From: an uncultured Pseudomonadales bacterium
GTDB lineage: Bacteria > Patescibacteriota > Microgenomatia > UBA1400
Assembly: GCA_964589815.1 (NCBI GenBank)
Contig: CAZPUR010000002.1
Span: forward strand, 19,466 to 83,465
Reading direction: 5' to 3'
Length of the DNA: 64,000 nt
This document shows, in pieces, positions 9,518 to 19,850 of this stretch (position 1 is its first letter; each line of letters begins with the position of its first letter). Under the pieces are notes generated by a model, which was not told the DNA's origin, did not search any database, and saw only the letters and a list, made by a program, of their open reading frames with translations. A program made the translations under genes and the position numbers.

Positions 9518-12500
9518 CTAATTAATAATCCACCAGTTGAACCCAATTGGCCTACTAATTGCCTTATCAAGTCCAATGGTAAAAAAGCCCTCCCTCCCGT
9601 CCTTTTTATTTTTAACAAATAAGACCTTATTACCGGTGTCTGATGTAGGAGTAATATATATTAAGCTATCTTTTGTTATATTTTGATTATATATTGCCAG
9701 TTCAGTTTCATTAGCTGGTAAGGCCGCTTGACCAGCAGTGGCATTAGTGGTAATTTCGGGGATTAAAGTACCAAAGCCAGCCGAAGGCGTCGCTTCAGCA
9801 GCGGCAATATTTAATTTCCTGAACATGGCTTGCCTCGATTCAACATCGTTGAAGCGGGCTGAACCCGAAGCATCAATACTGGCCATAAGATTGTTATTAG
9901 CATCTTCGATGCGTAATTTACTCCCCCGAGCTGAACTCGGGGTCGCGTTATCAGGTAGTTGATTAAGTTGAATGATTAAATCATCTTTTGGTTGAATCAG
10001 CTCGGCAAATAAACTCTTAGTTTTTAGCTCATTACTGTTTATTGTGCCGCTAACTTCTAAGTTGCCGTCAATAACCACATCTCCATTTTCATTAATCCTG
10101 AATTTACCGGCCATCATATTAATCCCACCCATACCAGAAGGCTGGAGAAAAAGGGTATCAGTGGTGCTGCCAATACTATTATCAGCAATAAACATATTAT
10201 TATTAACCGTTAAAGCGTCGGTTACTTGAAGATTGGTAATCACCGCTTGACCAATGACCGCTAAAAATTCATCCACAATCAAAGAATCAGTATCTATAGA
10301 TGAAATGTCTAAGTAATCATAGTTATTCATTGTTCCATTGTTCCATTGTTCCATTGTTGCTAATAAGGCTGAATATGAAGCAATTTCTTCTTCACTTAAT
10401 CCCGCCAAAAAATCGGAATCTTTCACCTCGGAGGTGAAATCTTCAGACACCTCCGAGGTGTTTTTGTCCGGGGTGGCCGTCTCATAATAATAATTATTAA
10501 TAGTATCGCCAGTTAAAGTAGCCACCTTATCTTCCAAACCCTCAATCTCATCCGCATAAAGTTTTTTAAAATGGCCGGTTCCAGCCGTCAATTCTCCACT
10601 GACACTGGCACTTCGGGTTTCTAAACCCTCGGTGTAAACTGACTTGGCTGCTAGTTCACCGGCTAATGTGGCATTACCATTTGAGTCAACCGCAAATAAA
10701 TCTTTTCCTTCTTTAGTTTGAACTTTGAACTTTGAACTTTGAACTTGACTTAATTGTAAAATTAAGTCCTTGTCTGCTATTGGTTTAAGCATTTTGGTTT
10801 CTACGCTTTGAGCGATAAGGTTTTCAGTCTCCACCAGAGGAGAAATAAGCTTATCGTTAATGGTTACATGGTTGAATTGTCCTATTGTTGCCACCACTTT
10901 GTCTGCCATTAAATCCTTGGTTTCTATCAACCCAGTTTTAACTTTGTTAAAAAGTCCTGAAAATATTCCTTCTAAGTTCTGGGTTCTCAGTTCTAAGTTC
11001 TGAATTATTCCTTGCTGTTCTTGAACCGCCTTAATTATCTTGGGAACAAATTTCAAAGGTTTGATAGAATACATATCTGCGTCAGGATTATAACTAACCA
11101 CGTCAGGAAAGATTTCTTTAACTTCCTGAGCAATAAAACCGGTTTGAAGGGCATTGTTTTGTTTAAATTTAAAATCCACCACTCTTAGTCTATTAATGTC
11201 TTCAAGGGTAGTACCGCTGGTAACAATGTTTTCTTTTAATCTTTCATCACTGGCTTGTTCTATTTCTAAAGTGCCGTCATCTAAAGTAATATAACCTTCA
11301 AGATCGCCATCGCCATCATAAAAAGTGATCATTCTATTATCTCCGGCGGCATCATCTGCGCCGGCTTGGATTTTAACCCCATATCTATCAACATTATTGC
11401 CATCATTAAAAAATTCTCCGGCCCAACCACTGGCCGCGTCTGTTTCTACATCTAACCTGGAATCTGGGGTGGTATCGCCAATCCCCACATTGCCTGAGAA
11501 ATAAGTATATCCGCTGGTGCCGCCAGAAATGGTGAGGTAAGCCGCTAAATCATTAGATATGCCTCCCCGAAGTACTGATCCATAATCAACATAAAACGTA
11601 CCTGAAGGTATATGTGTATAAGTAGTAGCATTTAAGCTAAGCACAGAGCTTCCGCCGGTCGTAATGGAAGGGCCACTACCAAAATATAGATTGTTTCCAC
11701 CGACGTTAATGTTTCCATTGACATCCAATTTTTGTCCCGGAGTCGTCGTCCCGATGCCGACGTTGCCATTGCTTCCAAAGAAAACTTTATCACCAGCGTA
11801 ACCACCGCCATCAATATAAAACCTTAATCCTAAAGGAGAATCATCACTTTGTAGTCTCCAATCAGAACCGCTTCCCGGATAATCTATGGCCAACTCAGCA
11901 TTAGTTCCAGATAAATTCAAAAGTGAACTTGGTGCTGTTGTTCCAATGCCAACGTTGCCGCCATTCATTATTACGTCCCCATCACTTTGAATTATCAAAC
12001 TATCGGTATCTGCGCCACTTTCAATTGTCAGGGGGTATTCTCGAGCATAGACTGAATCCGCAGTGCCACTTGAGGCTGTGGAAAAAGTAATGCCGCTGTC
12101 TGCCATCTCAATTATGGATGCTCCTCCATCCACCCTATATTTCCACCCCCCGTCATAGTAGGTATTATGCGTAATGCGAGAAAGTGTGTTGGAGTGTGCC
12201 CACAAACCAAAGGTCTGACCCACCGATAGTGTATAATCACCACCGTTTATTGCGGAATCAGTCCCTATGATGGCTCTTCCGTTGACCTGAAGTTTAGTGT
12301 TTGGCCCCGTCGTCCCGATCCCCACATTGCCGCCGGTTAACCAGTAACCACCAGAAAATCTGGCTCCGAAGACGTTTGTTGTCCCAACAGTGAAGTCTGC
12401 ATCGGTGGCATCAGTTAATGTAAAAGCTCCTTCAGCGCTGGCTATAGCGCGGCGGCCCGCGGCAAAGCTATAGTCACCGGAGGCGGTATTCTCTCTACCG

Positions 12501-15500
12501 CCAGGAATAGTGGCAGAGTAGCCGCTGGCAGTGTTGCTTCGTCCGCCCGCCACGGTTGCGTAGTTTTTGCCATCTGCACCGGCCGTATTCGCCGCCCCAC
12601 CGCCAACAAAACCATAATGCCAAGCCACATTGCTTTGTCCACCGACAATAGTTCCCCAACCGTTTCCGTAAGTGGTGTTATAAGATCCGCCCGCAATGAC
12701 ATCGCGTCCCATATAGTCGGCGCTGCTACTAATAGAGTTCATGTAACCGCCGCCAATGAAATTTTCATTTTTTCCGGTAATCGTGTTTCTTTGGCCACTG
12801 ACAATGGCTGAAGCCCAGACATTACTACCACTAATGCTGTTACCGTAGCCGGCGCCAATAAAACTGTTTCCCCAGTCGGTTAGGCTGTTGTTTTGCCCTC
12901 CAGCAACAACACCGGTTCTATAATCAGCAGCGATAGAATTTACCATCCCAGAACCGCCACCGCCTAAAATACTAGATCCATAGGCGCCCGAGCCCATAGA
13001 ATTGCCGCTATACCCTCCTAAAATATTTGGGCTAGAGGCGTTACCCAGGACTTGAAATCCACCACCCGTGGTTGTTACCCCCAAATCTCCAGCCACCTCC
13101 AGCTTATAGGAAGGCCCCGTCGTCCCAATCCCCACGTTGCCGTTAAAAGCCGCTACCCCTCCGGAGATAGTTGAAGGATCATAGTTCACGCCTAAGAGTT
13201 GATTACTACCCAGATAAACGTCGTCTCCGGCCGTAGTTGGGGAGAGATTAGTTCCAGACCGAGACCAATAACCGATTGTTCCTGAGGTACTGCCGATGAT
13301 ATTGCCGGTGCAAGTCAAATTGCCGGTGCTGTTATCCACGGTACAGCCAGTGCTTCCTGAACCACCAGCCAAATCAACGCTAGAGCCATCAATATCTGTC
13401 GCAGCGCCACTGTCTCCCAAAACCAAAGTGCCATTATCAGCAATGCCCAGTCTTTCCGTACCGTCAGTTAAAGAAAAAGTACCGCCGGAAGCAGCATAGG
13501 TGATAGTGATATCGTCCACCGAAGTAATCAGGACATCACCGGCCGATCCGGTAGTCTGCAGAGTTAAATCATCAGCGTCAGCCGTAGCCGTAGCCGTAAT
13601 CGTCAAGGGGTCGGCCGTGCCTCCCTGAACCGTGGTAAAATAGCCCGCCCTCCAGATATTGGTGACTGTGCCTAAATCATCAGTGTTATCCCCACCGCTC
13701 ACTACAGCATTGTTATAAGGATCTAATTCTATACCGGCAGAACCATCGCTTTCAATATTAACGCCATCATCACCCTGAAGGGTTAAGATACCGGTAGAAG
13801 TTGACCAGGTGGAAGCGGCATTAGCCGTCAAAGTTAAAGCCCGGGAAGCTCCAGCCGCAATGACAAAGGTAGTGCCACTAGGTCCGGTAATAGTATCACC
13901 ACTGCCATAAAAAGTTAAATCTCCGGTGCTATTAAAAAGAGCATAATTGGTGGTACCGCCATCACCAAAAGAGGCATTGCCATTAACTGTTAATTCCTGA
14001 CCGGGATTAGTGGTGCCAATGCCGACGTTACCGTTTCCAATAAGGACATCGCCGCCAGTAGTATAAATAGCGGCTCCAGTATAAGAAGAAAGGTCAGGAA
14101 GATAAAGTCCGTAGACGTTATCAAAATTATAGAGATTACTATAATCACCATAAAAAATAGCTCCAGTATTAGCTCCACCGCTGGTAGGATCATTATCAAT
14201 CCAACCAAAAACACCAGCCAAAACATTAACCTTACCCGTAGCATTATTTTGTTTGCTTAAGCCTCCGACGCCAATGACATAACCATATGTTTCTCCACTA
14301 ATGTCTCCAGAAGAAGTATAGATGGCTTCAATATTGGCTCCCCAAACCCCTGCGGTGGGGGTAATACTGCCCGAAGCAGTGATATTTGAATTAATACCAA
14401 CAGCGGTGACGCCGCTGCTAATATCTTTATCCAAACTCAAAGTGGCATCTCCTACAGGCAATGTCCCGACTCCTAATGTCCCGGAAACATAGGCGTCTCC
14501 AATCACATCCAGTTTTGCCGAAGGACTCGTCGTCCCAATCCCCACATTGCCACCAGGGTTAAAAGTCAAATCCACCGTTCCATTGGTGGTTAAGTCAATG
14601 GTGCCGCTACTATTTTCATCCAAATCAATGGTCAAAGTATTGGTACCGTCAGATAAAGCCAGCTCAGAATCATTAATATTATCAATGGTTTCACTATTAG
14701 ATAGTTTAATATCGTCTGTGCCTATAGTTGCTCCGGAAAGGTCAAGGCCCAAATCAGCAGTACCGTCTAAATCAAAACCAATGGTAGTCGCTGAAGCACC
14801 GCCATCAGCTAAATTAAGAAAAACACCAGTTTGATTACCAGAAGCAGAATTAGGTACCGTAATATTAGAAGAAAGATCAAGGTCTAAACCAACCAAAGCG
14901 CCTGTTTGAGTAAAAGCATGAGTCGCATTTTGGCCAAAATTAAAAATAGAACCTGAGGTAAAAGTGGAAGTTCCACCCGAAGCTTGGGAATAGACAGAAA
15001 CAGGAAAATTAAAAAGCAAATTGTCATCATAACCGCTAACCCGACTGGCGTCACCTGAAGCATTCCATTGTAAAACCGCATTAATAGTGGGCGAGCCCCG
15101 TTCAAAAGTGAGAGTCATAATTTGGGCGTTGGCGCCAGTATAGCCGGCGCCAATCAACCAGTCATAAGAAGAAGTTGAGCCGGTGACAATGGTGCCTACC
15201 ACGCTGGTAGCATTAACCGTGTCGAAATAGCCAGTGACCCAGCGGGTAGAGGCAGAACCAATGTCATAAGCATTAGCATCAGCAATAAAATTACTGGCGG
15301 CCAAAGCATTAAAAGTGACCGTATCAGAAGCAGCATCACCCAAAATAATACTGCCGGTGACATCTAAGCTGGCGCCCGGGGTCGTTGTCCCAATGCCCAC
15401 CCGATCATTATCACTTTCCACCACCAGGGTATTAGTATCAACAATAAAATCATCTCCAGCAGCGCCGCCCAGAATTACTGACAAAGAAGAACCAGTAGAT

Positions 15501-18500
15501 TTAGTGATGGTGCCGTCAGCATAAACAGTAGAAGGACCTACAGTCAGGCCGGCATCAGAGTAAATCATACCTTCAACTCCAGCTGTACCTAAAACAAAAA
15601 GATCATCTCCGTCCATGGTAAAGCCGGCATTATCTAAAGTTTCTGTAGTTGCTCCTACCCAAAGATTATTCATAGTAACAATGTCGTCATCAGTATAAAT
15701 AGCCCAATCCCAGTTGGTATTAGCCACATAAAGACCGGTTAATACAGCCGTAGTATTGCCGCTAGGGCCGTTAATCCTCATGCCTTGAATAAAGTTAACA
15801 GGGTTAGCAATAGGGGTGAGATTGCCCATATCAATATCAATTCCTCTTAAATCACTAGTAGTGGTAGTGGCTCCACCCCAATCAAGATTAACCACATCTC
15901 CTTCTGTATTGTTAACGTCAATATCCAAGGCTGTTTGGTCCACATCATCCTGGTCAACAGTGACAGCTATACCAGAATCGGTGCCAGTATCTATTTCTAA
16001 AGGTCCAGTCGGGGTCGTTGTCCCAATGCCCACATTACCATTAAAAGTGAGGATATCTGAGTCAAAATCGCCATAAATTAAAGCACTGGTTGGCCCGGCA
16101 GTTGAATTTTCAATGTAAAGTTTGTTGGAGCCAGTTTCACTATAACCTGCCTTGTATCCCAGAAAGACATTACCAGAGCCCGTTATCACATTAAAACCAG
16201 ATTGTCTTCCTATAGAAGTATTGGTGCTGCCGGTGGTTAAAGACACCAAAGCCTCATCTCCCATGGCCACATTTTCAGTCCCTTCTGTTTCTGCTAAAAG
16301 AGCGTTTCTGCCAAAAGCGCTGTTTCGATTTCCCGTAGTATTGGCAAATAAGGCATAAAGCCCCAGGGCGCTATTATGATAGCCTTCAGTGTTTTTATAA
16401 AGAGCATATTTTCCAAAAGCACTGTTAGAGTAGCCGGTGGTATTATCTCTTAAGGCGCTTTCGCCAAAAGCGCTGTTGCTGTTACCAGTACTATTAGTGT
16501 ACAAAGCCCGATAGCCAAAAGCGCTGTTGCTGTTACCAGAGGTGTTGTTATATAAAGATTCTGCTCCGCTAGCAGTATTGGCCGAGCCATCGGCCGTGGA
16601 GAATCCAGCCGTGTAACCAACAAAGGTATTATAGGTGCCACTAGTAATTGAAGCACCAGCAGTATAGCCCAAAAGAGTTTGATAATTAGTATTATCAAAA
16701 TTAATTAGATTAGCTACCTGGATAGTATTGTTGGGGGCGCTGGTGCCAATGCCGACGCTGGCCGTTAAGATATTCACTTCATCAGTCGTCTGGTCATCAA
16801 ATTCAATACGTCCCGCGGCCGCGCCCAGACCGATCCAGCTATCATCAGCCATAATAATATTACCGCTCAAAGCTAAGGCTCCAATTGAGGCACTATCAAG
16901 GTAGGCGGTGCCGTCGATATATAGATCTCTCCATTCCTTAGTTGAAGAGCCAATGTCAGAAGTATCGTCACTCTTAGGCAGGAGGTGGCCGCCTACCACT
17001 AAGTTGCCGCCCACATAACCTTCTGCCTCAATATAGGCATTACCAACCACATGGAGCTTATACCCAGGATTAGAGGTGCCCACGCCGACACGGGCTTCCG
17101 AGGCATCAACAAAAAAAGTGCCGGTTTCTGTATCGCCATCCCAGCGGAAATCAATGTCCTCCTGGTTATAATTGCCCTGTAGAACATCTTGGGTAGTGTT
17201 TTCTGAAAAAGCCAAAAAACTGGCTCCACCCACATTAATCTTAAACTCATCATCAGCAAAAGCCAGATAAGTGTCCGTATCATTAAGATGAAACAAAGAG
17301 TCTATCAAACCCAGTTTGCCGGTATTGCTGAGGGTAGCCAACTGACTACCACTGGAGTTTCTTACCTCAAATAAATTGGTTTTCCAGCCTTGAAGTAAAA
17401 GAGAAGAGGCTTTCAGGTCGCCGCTGATAGTGGCGTTTCTGGATAAAAAAAGGTCTCCTTCAGTGGAAATGCTGAATCTTTCAATTTCTGTTACCCCACT
17501 GGAAAGTCTAAATAAATCAAAACCAGTGTTATTGTTGGCGGCCCAACCATTAATCAAAGCGCCAGAGCTGATATTGGCATTGGTGATGCTTAGATGGTCA
17601 CCGCTAGAAGAGCTGAGATGAATATATAAAGCGCCTTGGCCGTCCGGGGCCAGAGTGATATCACCGTCCGAGCCAGTATTTGTTACCAAAGTCAAAGCTT
17701 GACCGCCAATACCCAAATTGCCCACCGGCGCGTAAATATTAGGGTTTTCCTCGCCTAGATTTAAATCACCCTCTTCGTCTATCACCAAAACCTTATTAGC
17801 TGAACCTGAGGCAGAAGGAGTGTAGCCTTGCAAAGCCCGGGCATTTAAACAATATTCACATATCCCCCCGGTACCAGATATACTTTCAATATCATAAGGA
17901 TACATAGTAGTATCTTCTATATCAGTAGTTTTATCAGTTTCCTTTTTTTCAAGACCAGTCTCTCCTTCTTCCGGAAGTTTACCTGAAGGAACGGGAATCT
18001 GACTTAATTGTTGGGAGTAAAACTCCAGTTCTTTTCTTTTTTTCTCTGAGCGAGTATAAACAACAATGCCTAAAATCAGAGCCAAGACGACTAATGCCAG
18101 AATGCCCAAGGTTAAAAGAAAGGTCTTTTTATGTTGTTCTAAAAGTTCTCCCAGGCTTTTCTGGGCGGCTAACTGGGGACTTTCCTCAATAATATGTTTT
18201 AAAGGAATATTTTCCAGTTGCTGGACGGGGTTACTCATTAAAAGTTTTTCTTTTTGCAGGAATTCGCCAAAAGAACGCAAAGAAGCTAAGTGACGGTTAA
18301 TGGTTTTTCCCGGAAGATTGTTTTGGGTGAGGAAAGCTTTGTATTGTTTAAAATTTTCCGGATTAAGTTGAGTAGTAATTTCATCTTTGTTGGTTAAATT
18401 ATTTTCTCGGTGCCAATGCAAAAATTTCCTCACATCAGAAGCATAGTTTTTAATTGAAGCTTTTGCCAGCCTTTTTATTCCTAAATAACTTTTAAAATCT

Positions 18501-18517
18501 TTTAACAGTTTTTCCAT
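9518..18517 (-). CDS. Giant (2,999 aa) single-pass membrane-anchored surface protein with tail-fibre/adhesin-like repeats
   Basis: Uninterrupted 9-kb ORF with a TM helix at aa 132-154. Eleven copies of the (G)NVGIGTTxP...L.V motif. YadA-head-like NSAFG/NTASG repeat tracts. An internal S74-like domain. In-frame word repeats at 10328-10360, 10424-10460 and 10717-10748. Confidence 0.9.
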   Translation of the reverse strand: MEKLLKDFKSYLGIKRLAKASIKNYASDVRKFLHWHRENNLTNKDEITTQLNPENFKQYKAFLTQNNLPGKTINRHLASLRSFGEFLQKEKLLMSNPVQQLENIPLKHIIEESPQLAAQKSLGELLEQHKKTFLLTLGILALVVLALILGIVVYTRSEKKRKELEFYSQQLSQIPVPSGKLPEEGETGLEKKETDKTTDIEDTTMYPYDIESISGTGGICEYCLNARALQGYTPSASGSANKVLVIDEEGDLNLGEENPNIYAPVGNLGIGGQALTLVTNTGSDGDITLAPDGQGALYIHLSSSSGDHLSITNANISSGALINGWAANNNTGFDLFRLSSGVTEIERFSISTEGDLFLSRNATISGDLKASSLLLQGWKTNLFEVRNSSGSQLATLSNTGKLGLIDSLFHLNDTDTYLAFADDEFKINVGGASFLAFSENTTQDVLQGNYNQEDIDFRWDGDTETGTFFVDASEARVGVGTSNPGYKLHVVGNAYIEAEGYVGGNLVVGGHLLPKSDDTSDIGSSTKEWRDLYIDGTAYLDSASIGALALSGNIIMADDSWIGLGAAAGRIEFDDQTTDEVNILTASVGIGTSAPNNTIQVANLINFDNTNYQTLLGYTAGASITSGTYNTFVGYTAGFSTADGSANTASGAESLYNNTSGNSNSAFGYRALYTNSTGNSNSAFGESALRDNTTGYSNSAFGKYALYKNTEGYHNSALGLYALFANTTGNRNSAFGRNALLAETEGTENVAMGDEALVSLTTGSTNTSIGRQSGFNVITGSGNVFLGYKAGYSETGSNKLYIENSTAGPTSALIYGDFDSDILTFNGNVGIGTTTPTGPLEIDTGTDSGIAVTVDQDDVDQTALDIDVNNTEGDVVNLDWGGATTTTSDLRGIDIDMGNLTPIANPVNFIQGMRINGPSGNTTAVLTGLYVANTNWDWAIYTDDDIVTMNNLWVGATTETLDNAGFTMDGDDLFVLGTAGVEGMIYSDAGLTVGPSTVYADGTITKSTGSSLSVILGGAAGDDFIVDTNTLVVESDNDRVGIGTTTPGASLDVTGSIILGDAASDTVTFNALAASNFIADANAYDIGSASTRWVTGYFDTVNATSVVGTIVTGSTSSYDWLIGAGYTGANAQIMTLTFERGSPTINAVLQWNASGDASRVSGYDDNLLFNFPVSVYSQASGGTSTFTSGSIFNFGQNATHAFTQTGALVGLDLDLSSNITVPNSASGNQTGVFLNLADGGASATTIGFDLDGTADLGLDLSGATIGTDDIKLSNSETIDNINDSELALSDGTNTLTIDLDENSSGTIDLTTNGTVDLTFNPGGNVGIGTTSPSAKLDVIGDAYVSGTLGVGTLPVGDATLSLDKDISSGVTAVGINSNITASGSITPTAGVWGANIEAIYTSSGDISGETYGYVIGVGGLSKQNNATGKVNVLAGVFGWIDNDPTSGGANTGAIFYGDYSNLYNFDNVYGLYLPDLSSYTGAAIYTTGGDVLIGNGNVGIGTTNPGQELTVNGNASFGDGGTTNYALFNSTGDLTFYGSGDTITGPSGTTFVIAAGASRALTLTANAASTWSTSTGILTLQGDDGVNIESDGSAGIELDPYNNAVVSGGDNTDDLGTVTNIWRAGYFTTVQGGTADPLTITATATADADDLTLQTTGSAGDVLITSVDDITITYAASGGTFSLTDGTERLGIADNGTLVLGDSGAATDIDGSSVDLAGGSGSTGCTVDNSTGNLTCTGNIIGSTSGTIGYWSRSGTNLSPTTAGDDVYLGSNQLLGVNYDPSTISGGVAAFNGNVGIGTTGPSYKLEVAGDLGVTTTGGGFQVLGNASSPNILGGYSGNSMGSGAYGSSILGGGGSGMVNSIAADYRTGVVAGGQNNSLTDWGNSFIGAGYGNSISGSNVWASAIVSGQRNTITGKNENFIGGGYMNSISSSADYMGRDVIAGGSYNTTYGNGWGTIVGGQSNVAWHYGFVGGGAANTAGADGKNYATVAGGRSNTASGYSATIPGGRENTASGDYSFAAGRRAIASAEGAFTLTDATDADFTVGTTNVFGARFSGGYWLTGGNVGIGTTGPNTKLQVNGRAIIGTDSAINGGDYTLSVGQTFGLWAHSNTLSRITHNTYYDGGWKYRVDGGASIIEMADSGITFSTASSGTADSVYAREYPLTIESGADTDSLIIQSDGDVIMNGGNVGIGTTAPSSLLNLSGTNAELAIDYPGSGSDWRLQSDDSPLGLRFYIDGGGYAGDKVFFGSNGNVGIGTTTPGQKLDVNGNINVGGNNLYFGSGPSITTGGSSVLSLNATTYTHIPSGTFYVDYGSVLRGGISNDLAAYLTISGGTSGYTYFSGNVGIGDTTPDSRLDVETDAASGWAGEFFNDGNNVDRYGVKIQAGADDAAGDNRMITFYDGDGDLEGYITLDDGTLEIEQASDERLKENIVTSGTTLEDINRLRVVDFKFKQNNALQTGFIAQEVKEIFPDVVSYNPDADMYSIKPLKFVPKIIKAVQEQQGIIQNLELRTQNLEGIFSGLFNKVKTGLIETKDLMADKVVATIGQFNHVTINDKLISPLVETENLIAQSVETKMLKPIADKDLILQLSQVQSSKFKVQTKEGKDLFAVDSNGNATLAGELAAKSVYTEGLETRSASVSGELTAGTGHFKKLYADEIEGLEDKVATLTGDTINNYYYETATPDKNTSEVSEDFTSEVKDSDFLAGLSEEEIASYSALLATMEQWNNGTMNNYDYLDISSIDTDSLIVDEFLAVIGQAVITNLQVTDALTVNNNMFIADNSIGSTTDTLFLQPSGMGGINMMAGKFRINENGDVVIDGNLEVSGTINSNELKTKSLFAELIQPKDDLIIQLNQLPDNATPSSARGSKLRIEDANNNLMASIDASGSARFNDVESRQAMFRKLNIAAAEATPSAGFGTLIPEITTNATAGQAALPANETELAIYNQNITKDSLIYITPTSDTGNKVLFVKNKKDGREGFFTIGLDKAISRPIGFNWWIIN
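10970..11251 (-). other. Peptidase S74-like intramolecular chaperone (autoproteolytic) domain inside the giant protein (aa 2423-2516)
   Basis: SDERLKENIVTSGTTLEDINRLRVVDFKFKQNNALQTGFIAQEVKEIFPDVV... matches the tail-spike/endosialidase C-terminal chaperone pattern (S-D-x-R-x-K-x-N-I ... GFIAQE). Confidence 0.7.
18203..18517 (-). other. Tyrosine-recombinase N-terminal SAM-like (core-binding) domain at the cytoplasmic N-terminus of the giant protein
   Basis: LAKASIKNYASDVRKFLHWHRENNL ... TINRHLASLRSFGEFLQKEKLLMSNP follows the XerC/XerD N-domain pattern; no catalytic domain follows. Confidence 0.6.
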
Positions 18518-18806
18518 TTTCCTATTCGCGTAAATTTGTATAGATAATTTTTAAAAATCCGTATAACAGGCTTTAGCCTGTAAATTATAAAAATTAGACT
18601 ATTTTTTACGGCTTTTTATCATCCTCTCTACTATAAAAGGTTTTTAAATTTCTCGTCAATAGAGGTAGAAATAGAGGAAAGAAAAGGCTTTTATTAGAGT
18701 AAAACTAGCACTGAGTCATAGAGAGTTGCTAGTTTTCACATTTTTTTCACGGGATATCAAAAGACATCAATAGATATCTTAGTAGATAATATAATTTTGT
18801 ATTGTT

Positions 18807-18836
18807 TAGAAATTAGAAATTAGAAATTAGAAATTA
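18807..18836. repeat. TAGAAAT x4 tandem word array
   Basis: Period-7 tandem repeat read directly. Confidence 0.85.
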
Positions 18837-18949
18837 TTACCTGTCAAATTACCTATTGACAGGTAATTATATGTTGTGTTTTAATGTTGTAAAAGACTGT
18901 GTAACACAACAGTAGAGTGGATTAGCCTAATCAATCAAATTAGGCTAAT
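18836..18949. promoter_or_regulatory. Three inverted repeats (candidate operators) upstream of the PaaX-like gene
   Basis: ATTACCTGTCAA (18836-18847)/TTGACAGGTAAT (18856-18867); TGTTGTGTT (18872-18880)/AACACAACA (18903-18911); ATTAGCCTAAT (18921-18931)/ATTAGGCTAAT (18939-18949); TTGACA box inside IR1. Confidence 0.4.
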
Positions 18950-18956
18950 TAGACTA

Positions 18957-19742
18957 ATGAAACTTTTAAAGCGCAAAATCCTTTTTACTTTAGCCAGCGA
19001 AGTTGATTTTTTCAGCCCGCGGGTAGATTTTGATTATTATCCCTACCTTTTTTTATATTGGCGCTTAAAGAGTTTTAAAAAAAGTTCTATTCGTGACGCT
19101 TGCTTGCAATTAGTCAAAAGCGGAGAAGTGGATAAAATTACCCGTAATCAAAAAGTCTATTTTCGTTTAACCAGTCAGGGTAGAAGCCGCTTGCTTTCTT
19201 TTTTCCCCATCTCTACCGGCCAAAAAAAAGTCTGGGATAGAGTTTGGCGGTTTGTAATTTTTCCTAAACCTCCTATATCACCTCTACCCCCTTTTGACTT
19301 AAGAAGACTCCGCCAAACCCTTCGTCGCCTTGGTTTTAAAAAGCTTTCACGAGGAGTTTATCTTACCCCTTTACCGATTTCTGGCAAATTAAATGAACTT
19401 CTTCTCGAGAAAAAATTTCCCGCAAAAATTACGGTAATTGAATCAAGGAAACTGCTTTTATCTGATGACAAACAATTAGCGAAGCAAACTTGGCCCCTAG
19501 AGAAGATGCAAAAAGAGTATCAAAACCTTATCACTAAGCAGAAAAGCCTGCTAAAGAGGTTAAAAAGCCAAAAAGGATTGAATCAGCAAACAAAAGAGCA
19601 ATTTTCTCTCATATTGGATAATTTTTTTTCTCTGTTAGAAAAAGACCCAGGTTTACCCAGAAAGCTGCTTTTTGATGATTGGGCCGCTTTTCAGTGTCAA
19701 GAAACACTCCTAAAACTAACCCAGATGATTAAAAGCAATTGA
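18957..19742 (+). CDS. PaaX-like (winged-helix + Cas2-fold-like) putative transcriptional regulator
   Basis: KVWDRVWRFVIF...LRRLRQTLRRLGFKKLSRGVYLTPLP resembles the PaaX-family core. Confidence 0.5.
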   Translation: MKLLKRKILFTLASEVDFFSPRVDFDYYPYLFLYWRLKSFKKSSIRDACLQLVKSGEVDKITRNQKVYFRLTSQGRSRLLSFFPISTGQKKVWDRVWRFVIFPKPPISPLPPFDLRRLRQTLRRLGFKKLSRGVYLTPLPISGKLNELLLEKKFPAKITVIESRKLLLSDDKQLAKQTWPLEKMQKEYQNLITKQKSLLKRLKSQKGLNQQTKEQFSLILDNFFSLLEKDPGLPRKLLFDDWAAFQCQETLLKLTQMIKSN

Positions 19743-19850
19743 TATAGTTTGAAAGCTTTTGATAGAGGAGTTTTATATCTCAACTTCTTTATTACTTCGA
19801 TAGTTTTAACAATGTAACCCTATAAACCAGAACAAGTTCAGTTCAGGGCA

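Noticed and set aside
9738-17621. About 20 ORFs of 60-95 aa on both strands inside the giant gene (e.g. 9738-9962, 12442-12702, 14547-14834, 16999-17283)
   Set aside because: All lie within or antisense to one uninterrupted 9-kb ORF with clear repeat architecture. They are low-complexity frame shadows of the Gly/Thr/Ser-rich coding repeats.
2681-18836. Short tandem arrays (2681-2712, 10717-10748, 18807-18836, etc.) as possible CRISPR arrays
   Set aside because: The periods are 7-8 nt with no unique spacers, and no cas genes are present.
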